This document shows positions 45,512 to 56,007 of a DNA stretch of 64,000 bases, in pieces. The stretch covers positions 120,840-184,839 of the forward strand of contig JAVKHO010000001.1 of the NCBI GenBank assembly GCA_031459915.1, read 5' to 3'. The translations under genes and the position numbers were made by a program. The notes beneath the pieces were generated by a model. It saw nothing but the letters and a program-made list of their open reading frames with translations. It made no database searches and was not told the DNA's origin. Origin of the DNA: Candidatus Tepidifontimicrobium thermophilum. GTDB taxonomy: Bacteria; Sysuimicrobiota; Sysuimicrobiia; Sysuimicrobiales; Sysuimicrobiaceae. How positions within the stretch are numbered: the first letter of the stretch is position 1; every line of letters begins with the position of its first letter.

Positions 45512-48148
45512 TCAGTCGTCCTGCAGGGCTTCCCGCACCCGGGCCGCCAGTTCGCTGATCAGGAACGGCTTCTGCAGGAAGCCCTTCGCTCCCCGGGCCA
45601 CAGCGTCGCGGGCGGCGCGCTCCTGCGTGTAGCCGCTGGTGAGCAGGATCCGGACGCGCGGGTCCAGGGCCCGCAGGGCGTCGAAGGTCTGGGTCCCGGA
45701 AAGGCCGGGCATGGTCATGTCCAGGATCACTAGGTCGATCCGGCCCGCGTGCTCCTGGTACAGGCGCAGCGCTTCCTGCCCGTCCGTCGCCACCAGCACC
45801 CGGTAGCCGCGGCGGGTCAGCACGTCCCGAAGCAGGTTGCACAGGGGCTCCTCGTCGTCCACCACCAGGATGGTCTCCCCCGCTCCTCCGTCCACCTCCG
45901 CCTCCCCCGCCTCCTCGGGTTCCGCCGCGCCGCTTGCCACCGGCAGGTACATCCGCACCGCGGTGCCCTTTCCCACTTCGCTGTCCACCTCCAGAAACCC
46001 CCCGTGGTTGCGGACGATCCCGTACACCATCGCCAGCCCGAGCCCGGTCCCCTTTCCGGGTCCCTTCGTGGTGAAGAAGGGTTCGAACATGCGGGCCTTG
46101 ACGTGCTCGTCCATCCCCACACCCGTGTCCCGCACGGTCAGGCACACGTACGGCCGCAGGACGGGCGGTTCCCCGGAGGTGGGGTCCGGTGCGATGACCG
46201 GTTGCAGGACCAGCTCGAGGACCCCGCCGTCGGGCATGGCGTCGCGGGCGTTCATGCACAGGTTGAGGACCGCCTGGTGCAGCTGGCTGGCGTCCCCCTC
46301 CACCATGGGCAGGTCGGAGGGAAAGCGCGTGCGCAGCTCGATGCGGGGGTCCAGGGTGCTGCGGAACAGCTCCGTGACCTCGGAGCACAGGCGGGCTACG
46401 TCCAGGGGACGGACCTCGAACTTGCCCCTGCGGGCGAAGCCCAGCAGCTGGCGGGTCAGCTCGGAGGCACGCAGGGCTGACCGCTCCAGGACATCAAAGT
46501 AGCGCTGCAACTCCGGGGTGCCGGGCAGTTCCTCCTTCAGCAACCCCAGGTAGCCCACGATGGTCCCGAGGATGTTGTTGAAGTCGTGGGCGATGCCCCC
46601 TGCGAGGGTACCGATACTCTCCATCTTCTGCGCCTGCAGGAGTTCCTCTTCCAGGCGCTTGTTGGCGGTGATGTCGCGGTACACACCGAGCACGCCCACC
46701 GGCCTCCCCTGAGCGTCCCGCTGGACTGAGAGGGAGGCGGACAGCCAGCTGACCTGGCCGTCCGCGGTGCGGTGCCGCAGCTCCCCGCGCCAGGTGCCGT
46801 CCCGCAGGAGGTGCTGGCGCAGGCGCGCGAGGCTGTCCCGCGCCTCGGGCTGAACCAGGGAGTCGAAGTCGCGGCCCAGGGCGTCGCTGGCCAGCCACCC
46901 GTACAGAGCCTCCGCGGCACGGTTCCAGTACACCACCCGCCCGTCCCAGTCCGTGGCCACGATGGCGTCCTGCACCTGTTCCAGCAGGCTGGCCTGGAAG
47001 TGCAGCATGTCCGCCACGCGCCGGTGCTCTGTAAGATCCCGCACGGTCCCCAGCAACATGGGTTTGCCCCGGAGGACCACCCGGTTGGCCTGTAGCTCGC
47101 ACTCCAGCCGGCTTCCGTCGGGGCGGAGGCCCACGAAGCCCACTGCCTCCCCCGGGGAAGGGGAAGCGAGCCGTTCCCGCAGGTAGTTGGCCAGCTTGGG
47201 GCGGTCCTCGGGCGCGCACAACGCCAGGGGGCCGAGCCGGTCCACGCACTCCGCGGACGTGGTCCGGAACATCTGCAGGAACCGGCGGTTGACGAACCGG
47301 AACAGCCCGTCCTCCAAGAGGAACACCCCGTCGGGTGACTCCTCGATGAGGGTGCGGTAGCGCGCTTCCGACTCCCGCAGCTCCTCTTCCAGGCGCCGCT
47401 GCTCGGTGATGTCCAGGGCGGTGGCCAGCACGAACTGGAGGCGTCCCTGGGGGTCACGTATGGGTGCCAGCAGCACCTCCAGGGTCCTGGAAGGGGGGCC
47501 TGGGCGGCGGGCGTCGGGCGGCGGCCACGGGAAGTTCTGCAGCCTGACCGCCTGCCCCCGCAGCGCGTCTTGCAGGGCGCTACGGTGCTGGGGGCCGAAC
47601 ACCGAGCCACCCCGGAGTGCGTTGGGCGGCTCCCCCGACGGGGGCGGCCCTTGGCCGAACAGGTCTACCCAGGCGCGGTTGGTGGCGATGACCCGGCCGT
47701 CCAGGTCGAGCGCCTGTGCAGGCAGGGGGAAGTCGTGCAGGGCCTGTCGGACGTGGGAAGCCAGTTCCCGCCCTCCCACCGCCCCCGGCGGCGTGATGGA
47801 CCAAACCACGGACCGGCCCGCGGCCTCGGCGCGGGCGGACGCTTGGACGACGCTCCCGTCAGCGCGGCGGAGGCTCAACTCCCCGGTCCACCGCTTGCGC
47901 CGCCGCGACTCCTCTAGCACGTGGAGGGCCTCCGCAGAGCCGTCCGTGAGCGCCCGGAACGGCAGGCCCACTACGGATCCTGGCCCGAGACCTACCAGGT
48001 CGGCCGCGGCGCGGTTGGCGGCCACCACCACGCCGTGCTCGTCCACCTCCAGCACCGCGTCTGAGACGGCCCGCAGCACCGCCGCCAGGCGCTCGGAGGC
48101 TTCCGCCGCCCTGGGGTCGTCAACGTGGGTTTTCCGCCGCCAGAACAT
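45512..48148 (-). CDS. Hybrid sensor histidine kinase with multiple PAS domains, HisKA, HATPase_c and a C-terminal receiver domain.
   Basis: Repeated PAS segments, an H-box (HDFNNILG), an ATPase G-box (GTGLGLAMV), then a receiver domain (ILVVDDEEPL ... DLVILDMTMPG). Confidence 0.8.
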   Translation of the reverse strand: MFWRRKTHVDDPRAAEASERLAAVLRAVSDAVLEVDEHGVVVAANRAAADLVGLGPGSVVGLPFRALTDGSAEALHVLEESRRRKRWTGELSLRRADGSVVQASARAEAAGRSVVWSITPPGAVGGRELASHVRQALHDFPLPAQALDLDGRVIATNRAWVDLFGQGPPPSGEPPNALRGGSVFGPQHRSALQDALRGQAVRLQNFPWPPPDARRPGPPSRTLEVLLAPIRDPQGRLQFVLATALDITEQRRLEEELRESEARYRTLIEESPDGVFLLEDGLFRFVNRRFLQMFRTTSAECVDRLGPLALCAPEDRPKLANYLRERLASPSPGEAVGFVGLRPDGSRLECELQANRVVLRGKPMLLGTVRDLTEHRRVADMLHFQASLLEQVQDAIVATDWDGRVVYWNRAAEALYGWLASDALGRDFDSLVQPEARDSLARLRQHLLRDGTWRGELRHRTADGQVSWLSASLSVQRDAQGRPVGVLGVYRDITANKRLEEELLQAQKMESIGTLAGGIAHDFNNILGTIVGYLGLLKEELPGTPELQRYFDVLERSALRASELTRQLLGFARRGKFEVRPLDVARLCSEVTELFRSTLDPRIELRTRFPSDLPMVEGDASQLHQAVLNLCMNARDAMPDGGVLELVLQPVIAPDPTSGEPPVLRPYVCLTVRDTGVGMDEHVKARMFEPFFTTKGPGKGTGLGLAMVYGIVRNHGGFLEVDSEVGKGTAVRMYLPVASGAAEPEEAGEAEVDGGAGETILVVDDEEPLCNLLRDVLTRRGYRVLVATDGQEALRLYQEHAGRIDLVILDMTMPGLSGTQTFDALRALDPRVRILLTSGYTQERAARDAVARGAKGFLQKPFLISELAARVREALQDD

Positions 48149-48187
48149 CCCCCGTCCCCCCGGAGCAAGTGGCGTGCCGGCTGGGAC

Positions 48188-49186
48188 TTACGCGTGCAGC
48201 TCCAGGATGTCCCCGTCCTCCAGCACGTGGTCGCGTCCCACCATCTGGCCGTGGTAGCCCCGGCCCCACAGACGGGCATACTTCAGCCTCTCCGCCAGCT
48301 CCTTGTGGATGACCTCCGCGGCGTCGCGCACCGTGGATCCCCGAGGCAGGACGAAGGGAGCCTGCAGGTCAGGCTTCTGGCCAGGGGGCTTGCTGTATAC
48401 GCGGATCTTGTGCAGGGCGCTGAAGATCCGACTCCGCAGCTGTTCCAGGCCGTCCCCGCGCACCGCGGACACCGGCAGGGGCTCGCCTGGCAGGCGCTCG
48501 CCCAGTAGCTCCACCAGCACGGCCAGGTTCTCCCGGGCTCCCGGCAGGTCCCACTTGTTGGCCACCACCACGGTGCGCTTGTAGGCTCCCCGAGGCAGGG
48601 AGGCGTCGTCTGGGACGACCGCTTCCTGGCCCACCAGGAACACGCGGTTGTCCGGCAGCAGCCGCAGGCTGTCCTCCAGGTACAGGATCCCGTCGTCGCT
48701 GCAGTCCAGCACCAGCACCGCGGCGTCGGCGCCCCGGATCAGGCCGTACAGCCAGCCCTCACTGAACTCCCGGCACACCGGCGGGGTGTCCACCAGCTGT
48801 ACCTGCACGTTCTCGAAGTGCATCATGCCGGGTTGGGGCACCCGCGTGGTCAGGGGGTAGGGTGCGACTTCCGGCGCGGCGTTGGTGAGGGCGGCCAGCA
48901 GGCTGGACTTCCCGGAGTTGGGCGGGCCCACCAGGACCACCTGGCCGGCGCCTTCCCTGGGGATGTGGAAGAACGGTTGGGCCCGGGCGCCTCCCCGGCG
49001 GGTCTGCATCTCCTGGCGCAGCCGGGCGATCTTTCGCTTGATGTCCGCCTGGAGCTTTTCCGTGCCCTTGTGTTTGGGCACGGTGCGGAGCATCTCCTCG
49101 AGAGCCTCCAGCCGCTCCTGCGGGGAGGCTGCCTGGCGGTAGCGCTGCTCCGCGCTCAGGTACTCGGGTGTCAGGTTCGCCGGCAT
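48188..49186 (-). CDS. Obg-family GTPase of the DRG-like type with a C-terminal TGS domain.
   Basis: G1 motif GPPNSGKSSLL, G3 motif DTPP, a basic coiled N-terminus, and a TGS-like C-terminus. Confidence 0.65.
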   Translation of the reverse strand: MPANLTPEYLSAEQRYRQAASPQERLEALEEMLRTVPKHKGTEKLQADIKRKIARLRQEMQTRRGGARAQPFFHIPREGAGQVVLVGPPNSGKSSLLAALTNAAPEVAPYPLTTRVPQPGMMHFENVQVQLVDTPPVCREFSEGWLYGLIRGADAAVLVLDCSDDGILYLEDSLRLLPDNRVFLVGQEAVVPDDASLPRGAYKRTVVVANKWDLPGARENLAVLVELLGERLPGEPLPVSAVRGDGLEQLRSRIFSALHKIRVYSKPPGQKPDLQAPFVLPRGSTVRDAAEVIHKELAERLKYARLWGRGYHGQMVGRDHVLEDGDILELHA

Positions 49187-49239
49187 CGGGGCTCCCTCCC
49201 CTCCATCGTAGCGGGCGGTCCGTCGCCGCCGGGCCGGCT

Positions 49240-51444
49240 ATGATGGGTGAGATGGCACGGGCTTCTCCACCTCGGACGACCCGGGTACACCCTGCCCTGC
49301 GGCCGCTCCTGCGGGCCTCGGGGGTACCGACGCCGGGGCCCTTCGAGCCTTCCCCGTTTCAGCTGCAGGCGCTGGAGGCGCTGCGGGAGGCGGACGTCCT
49401 CGTGGAGGCGCCCACGGGGAGCGGGAAGACGTGGATCGCGGAGCAGGCGATCCGCGAGGCGCTGGGCTCAGGGCGCAGGTCCTGGTACACCACGCCCCTC
49501 AAGGCCCTGTCGAACCAGAAACACCGTCGGTTCTGCGGGCTGTACGGGGAAGAGCACGTGGGGCTGCTAACCGGGGAACGGCGGGTGCGGCCGGAAGCCC
49601 CGGTGGTGGTGGCTACCACCGAGGTGCTGCGCAACACCCTGTACGACCCGCAGGAGGCGCCGGACCTGGTGGTCTTGGACGAGGCCCACTACCTCAGCGA
49701 CCCCGAGCGAGGGACCGCGTGGGAGGAGGTGATCCTGTACGCGCCCCCCACGACCCGACTGCTGTTGCTCTCCGCTACGCTGCCCAACGCCACCGAGCTC
49801 GCGGACTGGATGGCAGAGGTCCGCGGCCGCCGGCCCGTGGTGGTCACCGAGCGCGTGCGGCCCGTACCCCTAGAGTTCCTAGCCGCAGATGCTGAAGGCC
49901 GCCTGGTGCCCCTGGACCGGGCCACGGCGCAAGGCCGCCGGCCCAGGGACTGGGTGGCGGATGTGATGGCGGCGCTGGAGGAGGCGGGGCTGCTGCCCGC
50001 CATTTTCTTCTTTCCCGCGCGCCGGCTGTGCGACGAGGCGGTGCAGCTGCTGGGCAGGCGGGCTGCTCGGGGCGAAGGGGATCGGCGGGAGGCGTGGCGC
50101 CGGTGGGAGCAAGAGTTCCCGCACCTGCGCGGGCACCCGTTCCGTGCGCCCCTCCTGCGGGCAGGGGTGGCGCCGCACCACGCGGGCCACACCACCGCCT
50201 GGAGGCTGGTGGTGGAGGACCTCCTGGAAAAGGGGCTGTTGCGGGCGGTCTGCGCCACCACCACCCTGGCCGCGGGGCTGGACGTACCCGCCCGGACCGT
50301 GGTGCTGACCACCCTGGTGCGGAACAGCCCGGAGGGGATGGTCTACCTGTCGGCCACCGAGTTCCACCAGATGACCGGACGGGCCGGCCGCCGGGGCAAG
50401 GACACGGTCGGCTTCGTGGTCCTGCCAGCTCTGGACCCGGACGAACTCGCGCAGGCCGAGGCCCTGATGGGTGCGAGCCCTGAACCCATCCGGTCCGCGT
50501 TCGCCCCCACCTACCCCCTGGTGTTGAACCTGCTGCGAACGAGGCCCGTGGAGGCCGCGGTGGCAGAGCTGGGCCGTTCCCTGGCCGCGTACCAGCGGAG
50601 GCGGCAGGTGGAGAACTTGCGCCGGCGCCTGGAGTCGATCCCACCGGACCCTCTGGTGGAGCGGCCCTGTGGGGACCGGCTGTACACGCGGGTACGGTAC
50701 GAGCGCATGCTAGACCGGCCGGAAGTTCACGCGGCAGACCTGGCGGCTTGGCCGTGCCGCACGTGCCCCGTGGAAAGACGGTGCGTGGAGTCCCTGGACG
50801 CCCTGCGGCGGCTGGAGCAGCAGCGATCCCGGCTGCGCCGGGAGCTGCTGCAGCTAGAGGGGGAGCTGGAGGACGTGTTTCACGCGCGCGCCCGCGTCCT
50901 CCAGCGCCTGGGATACCTGGACGCCAACTACCGACCTACCCCAGAAGGCAACTGGGCCGCGCGGCTGCGGCACCCCAGGTGTCTGGTGCTGGCGGAGCTG
51001 GTCCGCAGGGGCCTGCTTCCCACGGACCCGTACCGGCTGTGCGGCTACGCCGCGGCCCTGAGCACGGAGCGAGCTCCCCGGCTCGGCCAGGAGGCCGGTC
51101 TGGGCGTACTGGCCCGCCTGGTGACGGTTCTGGCGGAGATGGAGGCCCAGGAGGGGCTAGCTCCGGAGGGCTTGGTGGAGGAGTTCCGCCAGCAGTGGGA
51201 CCGAGCCCTGCGGAGGATGCTGCCATCCAGCGCGGACCGCCGGGCGTGGGCGGCTGAGGCGTGGTGTGCGGGAGGGGACTTCTCGGCCCTCTGCCGGGAG
51301 CTGGACGTAGCCGAGGGAGACCTCCAGCGCATCCTCCTGCAGGCGGCGGAGGTCTGCAACCAGCTGGCGGAGCTGCCTCAGGCGGAGGTCTCCCGGGCCG
51401 CGGCACAGGCCCGGGACCGTCTCCTGCGGCCCCCCGTACTCTAG
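49240..51444 (+). CDS. Ski2-like (HelY/Mtr4-type) superfamily 2 DEAD/DEAH-box helicase.
   Basis: Motif I APTGSGKT, motif II DEAHYL, motif III SATLPN, and motif VI near MTGRAGRRGKD. Confidence 0.75.
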   Translation: MMGEMARASPPRTTRVHPALRPLLRASGVPTPGPFEPSPFQLQALEALREADVLVEAPTGSGKTWIAEQAIREALGSGRRSWYTTPLKALSNQKHRRFCGLYGEEHVGLLTGERRVRPEAPVVVATTEVLRNTLYDPQEAPDLVVLDEAHYLSDPERGTAWEEVILYAPPTTRLLLLSATLPNATELADWMAEVRGRRPVVVTERVRPVPLEFLAADAEGRLVPLDRATAQGRRPRDWVADVMAALEEAGLLPAIFFFPARRLCDEAVQLLGRRAARGEGDRREAWRRWEQEFPHLRGHPFRAPLLRAGVAPHHAGHTTAWRLVVEDLLEKGLLRAVCATTTLAAGLDVPARTVVLTTLVRNSPEGMVYLSATEFHQMTGRAGRRGKDTVGFVVLPALDPDELAQAEALMGASPEPIRSAFAPTYPLVLNLLRTRPVEAAVAELGRSLAAYQRRRQVENLRRRLESIPPDPLVERPCGDRLYTRVRYERMLDRPEVHAADLAAWPCRTCPVERRCVESLDALRRLEQQRSRLRRELLQLEGELEDVFHARARVLQRLGYLDANYRPTPEGNWAARLRHPRCLVLAELVRRGLLPTDPYRLCGYAAALSTERAPRLGQEAGLGVLARLVTVLAEMEAQEGLAPEGLVEEFRQQWDRALRRMLPSSADRRAWAAEAWCAGGDFSALCRELDVAEGDLQRILLQAAEVCNQLAELPQAEVSRAAAQARDRLLRPPVL

Positions 51445-51465
51445 ACGCGTCGAAAGGCGGTGGGT

Positions 51466-52776
51466 CTAGGCGCTCCCCGCGGCGTGGAGGTGCCCTGCCG
51501 GCGTGAACTGTTCGGTCTCCGTGGAGCCCGCAAGGGCCACGGTGGAGCTGACCCCCAGCACCTGAAGCACTGTGTCGAAGTAGCCGGTGCCCACCTCCCT
51601 CTGGTGCCGGGTGGCGGTGTACCCCTCCCGCTCCAGCTGGAACTCCCGCTCCTGCAGCTCCACGTAGGCGGCCATCCCATGCCGCGCGTAGTCGCGGGCC
51701 AGCTCGAAGGTGGAGGCGCATAGCGAGTGGAAGCCCGCCAGGGTCACGAACTGGAAACGGTAGCCCAGAGCCGCCAGCTGCCGCTGGAAGTCCGCGATGG
51801 ACTGCGGGTCCAGGTGACGGCGCCAGTGGAAGCTGGGGGAACAGTTGTAGGCCAGCAGCTTGCCCGGGAAGCGGGCGTGTACGGCGTCCGCGAAGCGCGC
51901 GGCCTCTTCCAGGTCCGGCCGGGAGGTCTCAAACCACAGGAGGTCCGCATACGGGGCGTAGGCCACGGCCCGGTGAATGGCGGCCTCCAGGCCCGAGCGG
52001 ACCACGTGGTAGCCCTCAGGGGTACGCTCGCCGGTGAGGAAGGTCGCGTCGTAGGGGTCCGCGTCGCTGGTCAGCAGCCGGGCGTCCCGGGCGTCGGTCC
52101 GGGCCACGAGAACCGTGGGCACGTCGCACACGTCCGCGGCCAGCCGGGCTGCCTGCAGGACCCGCACGAACTGCGAGGTGGGGACCAGGACCTTGCCGCC
52201 CAGGTGCCCGCACTTCTTTTCGGAGGCGAGCTGGTCCTCGAAGTGCACCGCAGCGGCGCCCGCCTCGATGAAGGCGCGGGTGACCTCAAACGCGCTGAGG
52301 GGGCCACCGAATCCTGCCTCCGCGTCGGCCACGATGGGAACGAGCCAGTCCCGGCGTACCCGTCCTTCTGCCCACTCGATCTGGTCCGCCCTGCGCAGGG
52401 CGTTGTTGATCCTGCGGACTAGGGCCGGCCCGCTGGTCCAGGGGTAAAGCCCGAGGTCCGGGTAAGTGGTCTCCGCCAGGTTGCTGTCCGCAGCCACCTG
52501 CCACCCGCTGAGGTAGATGGCCTGTAGCCCTGCCCGGACCATCTGCACCGCCTGCATCCCGGACAGGGCGCCCAGGGCCGCCACGAACGGTTCCTGGTGC
52601 AGCGCCCTCCACAGGCGCTCGGCGCCCCGACGGGCCAGGCTGTACTCTACGCGGACCGAGCCGCGCAGGCGCACCACGTCTGCCGCAGAGTACAGACGGC
52701 GGACTCCCCTCCACCGTGGCTCCGTCTGCCAGCGGTGCTCCAGCTCACGCGCCTCCCGCTCCAGGGCACTCTCCAT
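51466..52776 (-). CDS. aceA: Isocitrate lyase.
   Basis: ICL signature KKCGHLGGK and the ICL/PEP-mutase fold pattern. Start at the internal Met (MESALERE) after CAGGAGGG. Confidence 0.85.
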   Translation of the reverse strand: MESALEREARELEHRWQTEPRWRGVRRLYSAADVVRLRGSVRVEYSLARRGAERLWRALHQEPFVAALGALSGMQAVQMVRAGLQAIYLSGWQVAADSNLAETTYPDLGLYPWTSGPALVRRINNALRRADQIEWAEGRVRRDWLVPIVADAEAGFGGPLSAFEVTRAFIEAGAAAVHFEDQLASEKKCGHLGGKVLVPTSQFVRVLQAARLAADVCDVPTVLVARTDARDARLLTSDADPYDATFLTGERTPEGYHVVRSGLEAAIHRAVAYAPYADLLWFETSRPDLEEAARFADAVHARFPGKLLAYNCSPSFHWRRHLDPQSIADFQRQLAALGYRFQFVTLAGFHSLCASTFELARDYARHGMAAYVELQEREFQLEREGYTATRHQREVGTGYFDTVLQVLGVSSTVALAGSTETEQFTPAGHLHAAGSA

Positions 52777-52823
52777 CTCGCCCTCCTGGTCTGAGACTCG
52801 TTGTCGGCCGAGAAAGGGGGCGG

Positions 52824-53003
52824 CTAGGACGCTTCCGGCAGGGCCGCCAGCTCCGCTTCCAGCTCCCCGAGCGCCGCGCACGCCGCGCAGTACGCGGTCC
52901 CCTCGGGGGTGTACGCACAGCTCGGGCAGCAGGGAGCGCCGCAGCTCTGGCAGGTCCACGCCTCGAACCAGCGCACCGTCCTTCCACACCAGCACGTCGC
53001 CAT
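52824..53003 (-). CDS. Small Cys-rich protein of 59 aa, a putative zinc ribbon.
   Basis: Twelve cysteines arranged CWC ... CQSC ... CC..C ... C..C. It lies directly upstream of aceA. A longer form could start at 53066. Confidence 0.3.
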   Translation of the reverse strand: MATCWCGRTVRWFEAWTCQSCGAPCCPSCAYTPEGTAYCAACAALGELEAELAALPEAS

Positions 53004-53158
53004 GGCAGTCACCTCGCTTTCTACTGTGCGCGCCCGGCCCGGAGGCCTCCACGGCCCGGCGACCAACTCCCCCGGGCGTGGGGTGAACGGTTCAAAAACG
53101 GTGATGAGCGGGCTACTCCGTAAGGGCCTCAGATAAACAGTGTTGATCGGTCAGGGCC

Positions 53159-53896
53159 CTAGAGGTGGAGCAACAGGCGGAGGGTCCGGGCAGCCGACCG
53201 GCTTACGGGGATCTCGGTCCCGCGCTCGTCGTCCAGCTTGAGCAGGAGGGTCCCGGAAAAGTAAGGGTGGACCTCCCGCACGGAGTCCAGGTTCACTACG
53301 TAGCTACGGTGCACCCGAACGAACTGGGCAGGGGGCAGCCGGCGCTGCAGCTGGCCCACGTTGCAGCTGGCCTCCACAGTCCCGTTTCGCGTGACGACCC
53401 GGCAGGCGTCCCCCTGGGCCTGCACGTACAGGATGTCGGAGGGGTCCAGGAGCACCACGTGGTCGGCGGTGGGGACCGCCACGCGCGAAGCCTGGGCCGG
53501 CTCTTCCTGGAGGAGCCGTTCCAGGGTCTTGCGCAGCCGGGCGCGGTCCACGGGCTTGAGCAGGTAGTCGAAGGCTGCGGCTTCAAAGGCCTCCAGGGCG
53601 TGGTCCTCGAACCCGGAGACCAGCACCACCCGGGGTTTGCGGGGCAACGCAGCCAGGCTGCGCAGGAGGTCGAGGCCGGAAAGCCCTGGCATCCGGATGT
53701 CGAGGAACAGGGCGTCCACGGGGCCCTGGCGCAGGCGTTCCAGGGCCGCCTCCGCGGAGTCCACGGACTCCACGTCCTCCTGCCCCTCTCCCCGGAGCAG
53801 CTCCTCCAGGTACCGGCGGGCTTCCGGGTCGTCGTCGGCCACCAGCAGGCGCAGCCGGCGGGTCACGGCCCTCCCTCCACGCGCCGCGGCAGCCAT
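53159..53896 (-). CDS. LytTR/AlgR family response regulator.
   Basis: Receiver domain (LLVADDDP ... FLDIRMPG) followed by a LytTR DNA-binding domain. Confidence 0.8.
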   Translation of the reverse strand: MAAAARGGRAVTRRLRLLVADDDPEARRYLEELLRGEGQEDVESVDSAEAALERLRQGPVDALFLDIRMPGLSGLDLLRSLAALPRKPRVVLVSGFEDHALEAFEAAAFDYLLKPVDRARLRKTLERLLQEEPAQASRVAVPTADHVVLLDPSDILYVQAQGDACRVVTRNGTVEASCNVGQLQRRLPPAQFVRVHRSYVVNLDSVREVHPYFSGTLLLKLDDERGTEIPVSRSAARTLRLLLHL

Positions 53897-55086
53897 ACCG
53901 TTACCCGGGTACCGCGGCCCTCCTCGCTCTCCACCCGCAGGCCCGCAGCCTCCCCGTAGATGGCCCGCAGCCTCCGCTGCACGTTGAACAGTCCGATCCC
54001 CAACCCGGAGCCGACTCCCCGCTCGGTGACCACCTGCAAGCGGCCTTCCGGGATACCCACCCCGTCGTCCTCCACCACGAGGACTAGGTCGTCCCCGCGC
54101 ACTCCGGCCTGGACCCGGACCGTCCCGGACCCCGTCTTGGGCTCCACCCCGTGCACCACGGCGTTTTCGACCAACGGCTGCACGGTCAGGACGGGGACCA
54201 GCTCGCCCAGCAGGTCCCCGGGCACGTCCACCTGCGCCCGCAGCCGTGGCCCCAGACGGGCCCGCTCGATGGCCAGGTACTGCTCGACGTACCAGAGCTC
54301 TTCCTCCAAGGTGCAGAACTCCCCGTGGGAGCGCAGGGCGTGGCGCAGGAACTCTGCGAAGTCCGTGAGCAGCCTGCGGGCCCGCTCGGGATCCCGGCCT
54401 ACCACCGCGGCGACAGAGTGCAGGGTGTTGAACACGAAGTGCGGGGAGATTTCCGCCCGCAGCGCCCGCAGCTCTTCCCGGGTAAGCCGCTCCACCTCCG
54501 CGTCCAGGAGTGCCAGCTCCAGCTGGGCGCCCAGCAGGTCACCCACCAGGGCTGCCCCCTCCACCACCTCCTGCGGGAAGAGGCGGCCGTCGGTCCGGTA
54601 GAACTTGAGGGCCGCCGGGACCATCCCCCGGACCCGCAGGGGGACCACCAGGGCTGCCGTGAGGGGGCAGCGGGGCTCCGGACAGCCGATCTCCTCCCGG
54701 GTGTGCGCCACCTGGACCTGGCCGGTGCGGAGGACGCGTTTGGTGAACTCCGTGGTGACGGACTGGCCCGGTACGTGGTGGTCCTCCCCCGCGCCCACGA
54801 AGGCCAGGACCTGAGCCCGGCCCACCAGGGCCACGGCGTCGGCGCCCACGGCCTCGCGCAGCATGCGGGCGACCTCCGCCGCGGCCTCTCGGGTGAGCCC
54901 GCGACGGAAGACGTCTCGGGCCTGCCGGCTGACCTCCACCAGCTTCTGTACGGTGGGGACCAGCAGGGCCCGGTGGAACCCGTCCACGACCCGTGGCATG
55001 CCAGCCGTCTCCTGCGTTACCAGGATAGCGCGGCCGGGGTCGAGCTCGGGCCCGACTTTTTTATCCACCGAGGCGATGTGGCTCAC
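53863..55086 (-). CDS. Cytoplasmic GAF-domain sensor histidine kinase (LytS/YehU-like HisKA_3 type).
   Basis: GAF-like N-terminal domain, histidine region HFVFNTL, and an HATPase domain (VENAVVHG ... DDGVGIP). It overlaps the response regulator gene. Confidence 0.75.
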   Translation of the reverse strand: MSHIASVDKKVGPELDPGRAILVTQETAGMPRVVDGFHRALLVPTVQKLVEVSRQARDVFRRGLTREAAAEVARMLREAVGADAVALVGRAQVLAFVGAGEDHHVPGQSVTTEFTKRVLRTGQVQVAHTREEIGCPEPRCPLTAALVVPLRVRGMVPAALKFYRTDGRLFPQEVVEGAALVGDLLGAQLELALLDAEVERLTREELRALRAEISPHFVFNTLHSVAAVVGRDPERARRLLTDFAEFLRHALRSHGEFCTLEEELWYVEQYLAIERARLGPRLRAQVDVPGDLLGELVPVLTVQPLVENAVVHGVEPKTGSGTVRVQAGVRGDDLVLVVEDDGVGIPEGRLQVVTERGVGSGLGIGLFNVQRRLRAIYGEAAGLRVESEEGRGTRVTVWLPRRVEGGP

Positions 55087-55124
55087 AGGAACCGCCGGGC
55101 CGGTCCTCGAAATTCCTCCCGACC

Positions 55125-55946
55125 ATGAGGCAGGCCGGGGACGACCGGACGTTCGGATTCGAGAAGTTCAGCAGCCACGGGTTCTTCCGTGAGGTCAACC
55201 GCTGGTTGGTGGAGCACGTCGGTATCCGGCCGGGGGACACGGTGGTGGACTTGGGCTGCGGGCCTGGCGCCGTCACGGAGCTCATCCTGGAGCACGTGAG
55301 TCCCGAGTCCGGCGCGGTGGTCTACGCCATCGACCCCTCACCCTCCGCCCTGGACACCGCGCGCCAACGCATCCGGTCCGCCGTGGTGCGATTCCTGGAG
55401 GGCACCGCGGAGCGCCTCAGCCAGCTGGTGCCCGCCGCGGACGTGGTCCTGTTCTGCAACGCCATCCACCTGGTGCAGGACAAAGTCCAGGTGGTGCGGG
55501 AAGCCCTTGCGGTCCTGCGCCCGGGCGGCGTGTTTGGCTTCAACACCACCTTCTTCGAGGGCGCCTACCCCCCGGAGACGCTCCGGTTCTACAAGCTGTG
55601 GATGCTGCGGGCGGTCCGGCACCTGAAGGAACGCGGCCTGGAGGTCGCTCGGGGCGTGAAGGCCACCGCCATGCGCTGGCTGACTCCGGAGGAGTACGAG
55701 GAGCTCCTGCGGGCGAACGGGTTCGGGGACGTACGCGTCCACCTGCAGCGGCAGGAGCTGTCCTGCCAGAGCCTGGAAGACATCAGCGAGTTCTCCCTGT
55801 TCATCGAGGGCGCGCTGCCCGGTGTGCCGCTCCGGGAGGCGTGCGAGGCCCTCAAGCTGGGCGTCCGGCAGGCGTTTCAGGAGCTAGCCCTGGCCGCGGT
55901 GCCGCGCAACTGGCTCCAGATCATCGCCCGACGCGGCACACGCTGA
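55125..55946 (+). CDS. Class I SAM-dependent methyltransferase.
   Basis: SAM-binding motif VVDLGCGPG. Confidence 0.7.
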   Translation: MRQAGDDRTFGFEKFSSHGFFREVNRWLVEHVGIRPGDTVVDLGCGPGAVTELILEHVSPESGAVVYAIDPSPSALDTARQRIRSAVVRFLEGTAERLSQLVPAADVVLFCNAIHLVQDKVQVVREALAVLRPGGVFGFNTTFFEGAYPPETLRFYKLWMLRAVRHLKERGLEVARGVKATAMRWLTPEEYEELLRANGFGDVRVHLQRQELSCQSLEDISEFSLFIEGALPGVPLREACEALKLGVRQAFQELALAAVPRNWLQIIARRGTR

Positions 55947-55954
55947 CAGGAGCT

Positions 55955-55975
55955 CCGCGCGCCGCGGCCGCGCGG
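55955..55975. terminator. GC-rich hairpin between the convergent methyltransferase and cspA genes; possible bidirectional terminator.
   Basis: CCGCGCG-ccgcggc-CGCGCGG read from the sequence. There is no U-tract, so this is weak evidence. Confidence 0.3.
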
Positions 55976-56007
55976 GCGGCGCCGGTCCGAGCTCGAAGCC
56001 AGGTGGG

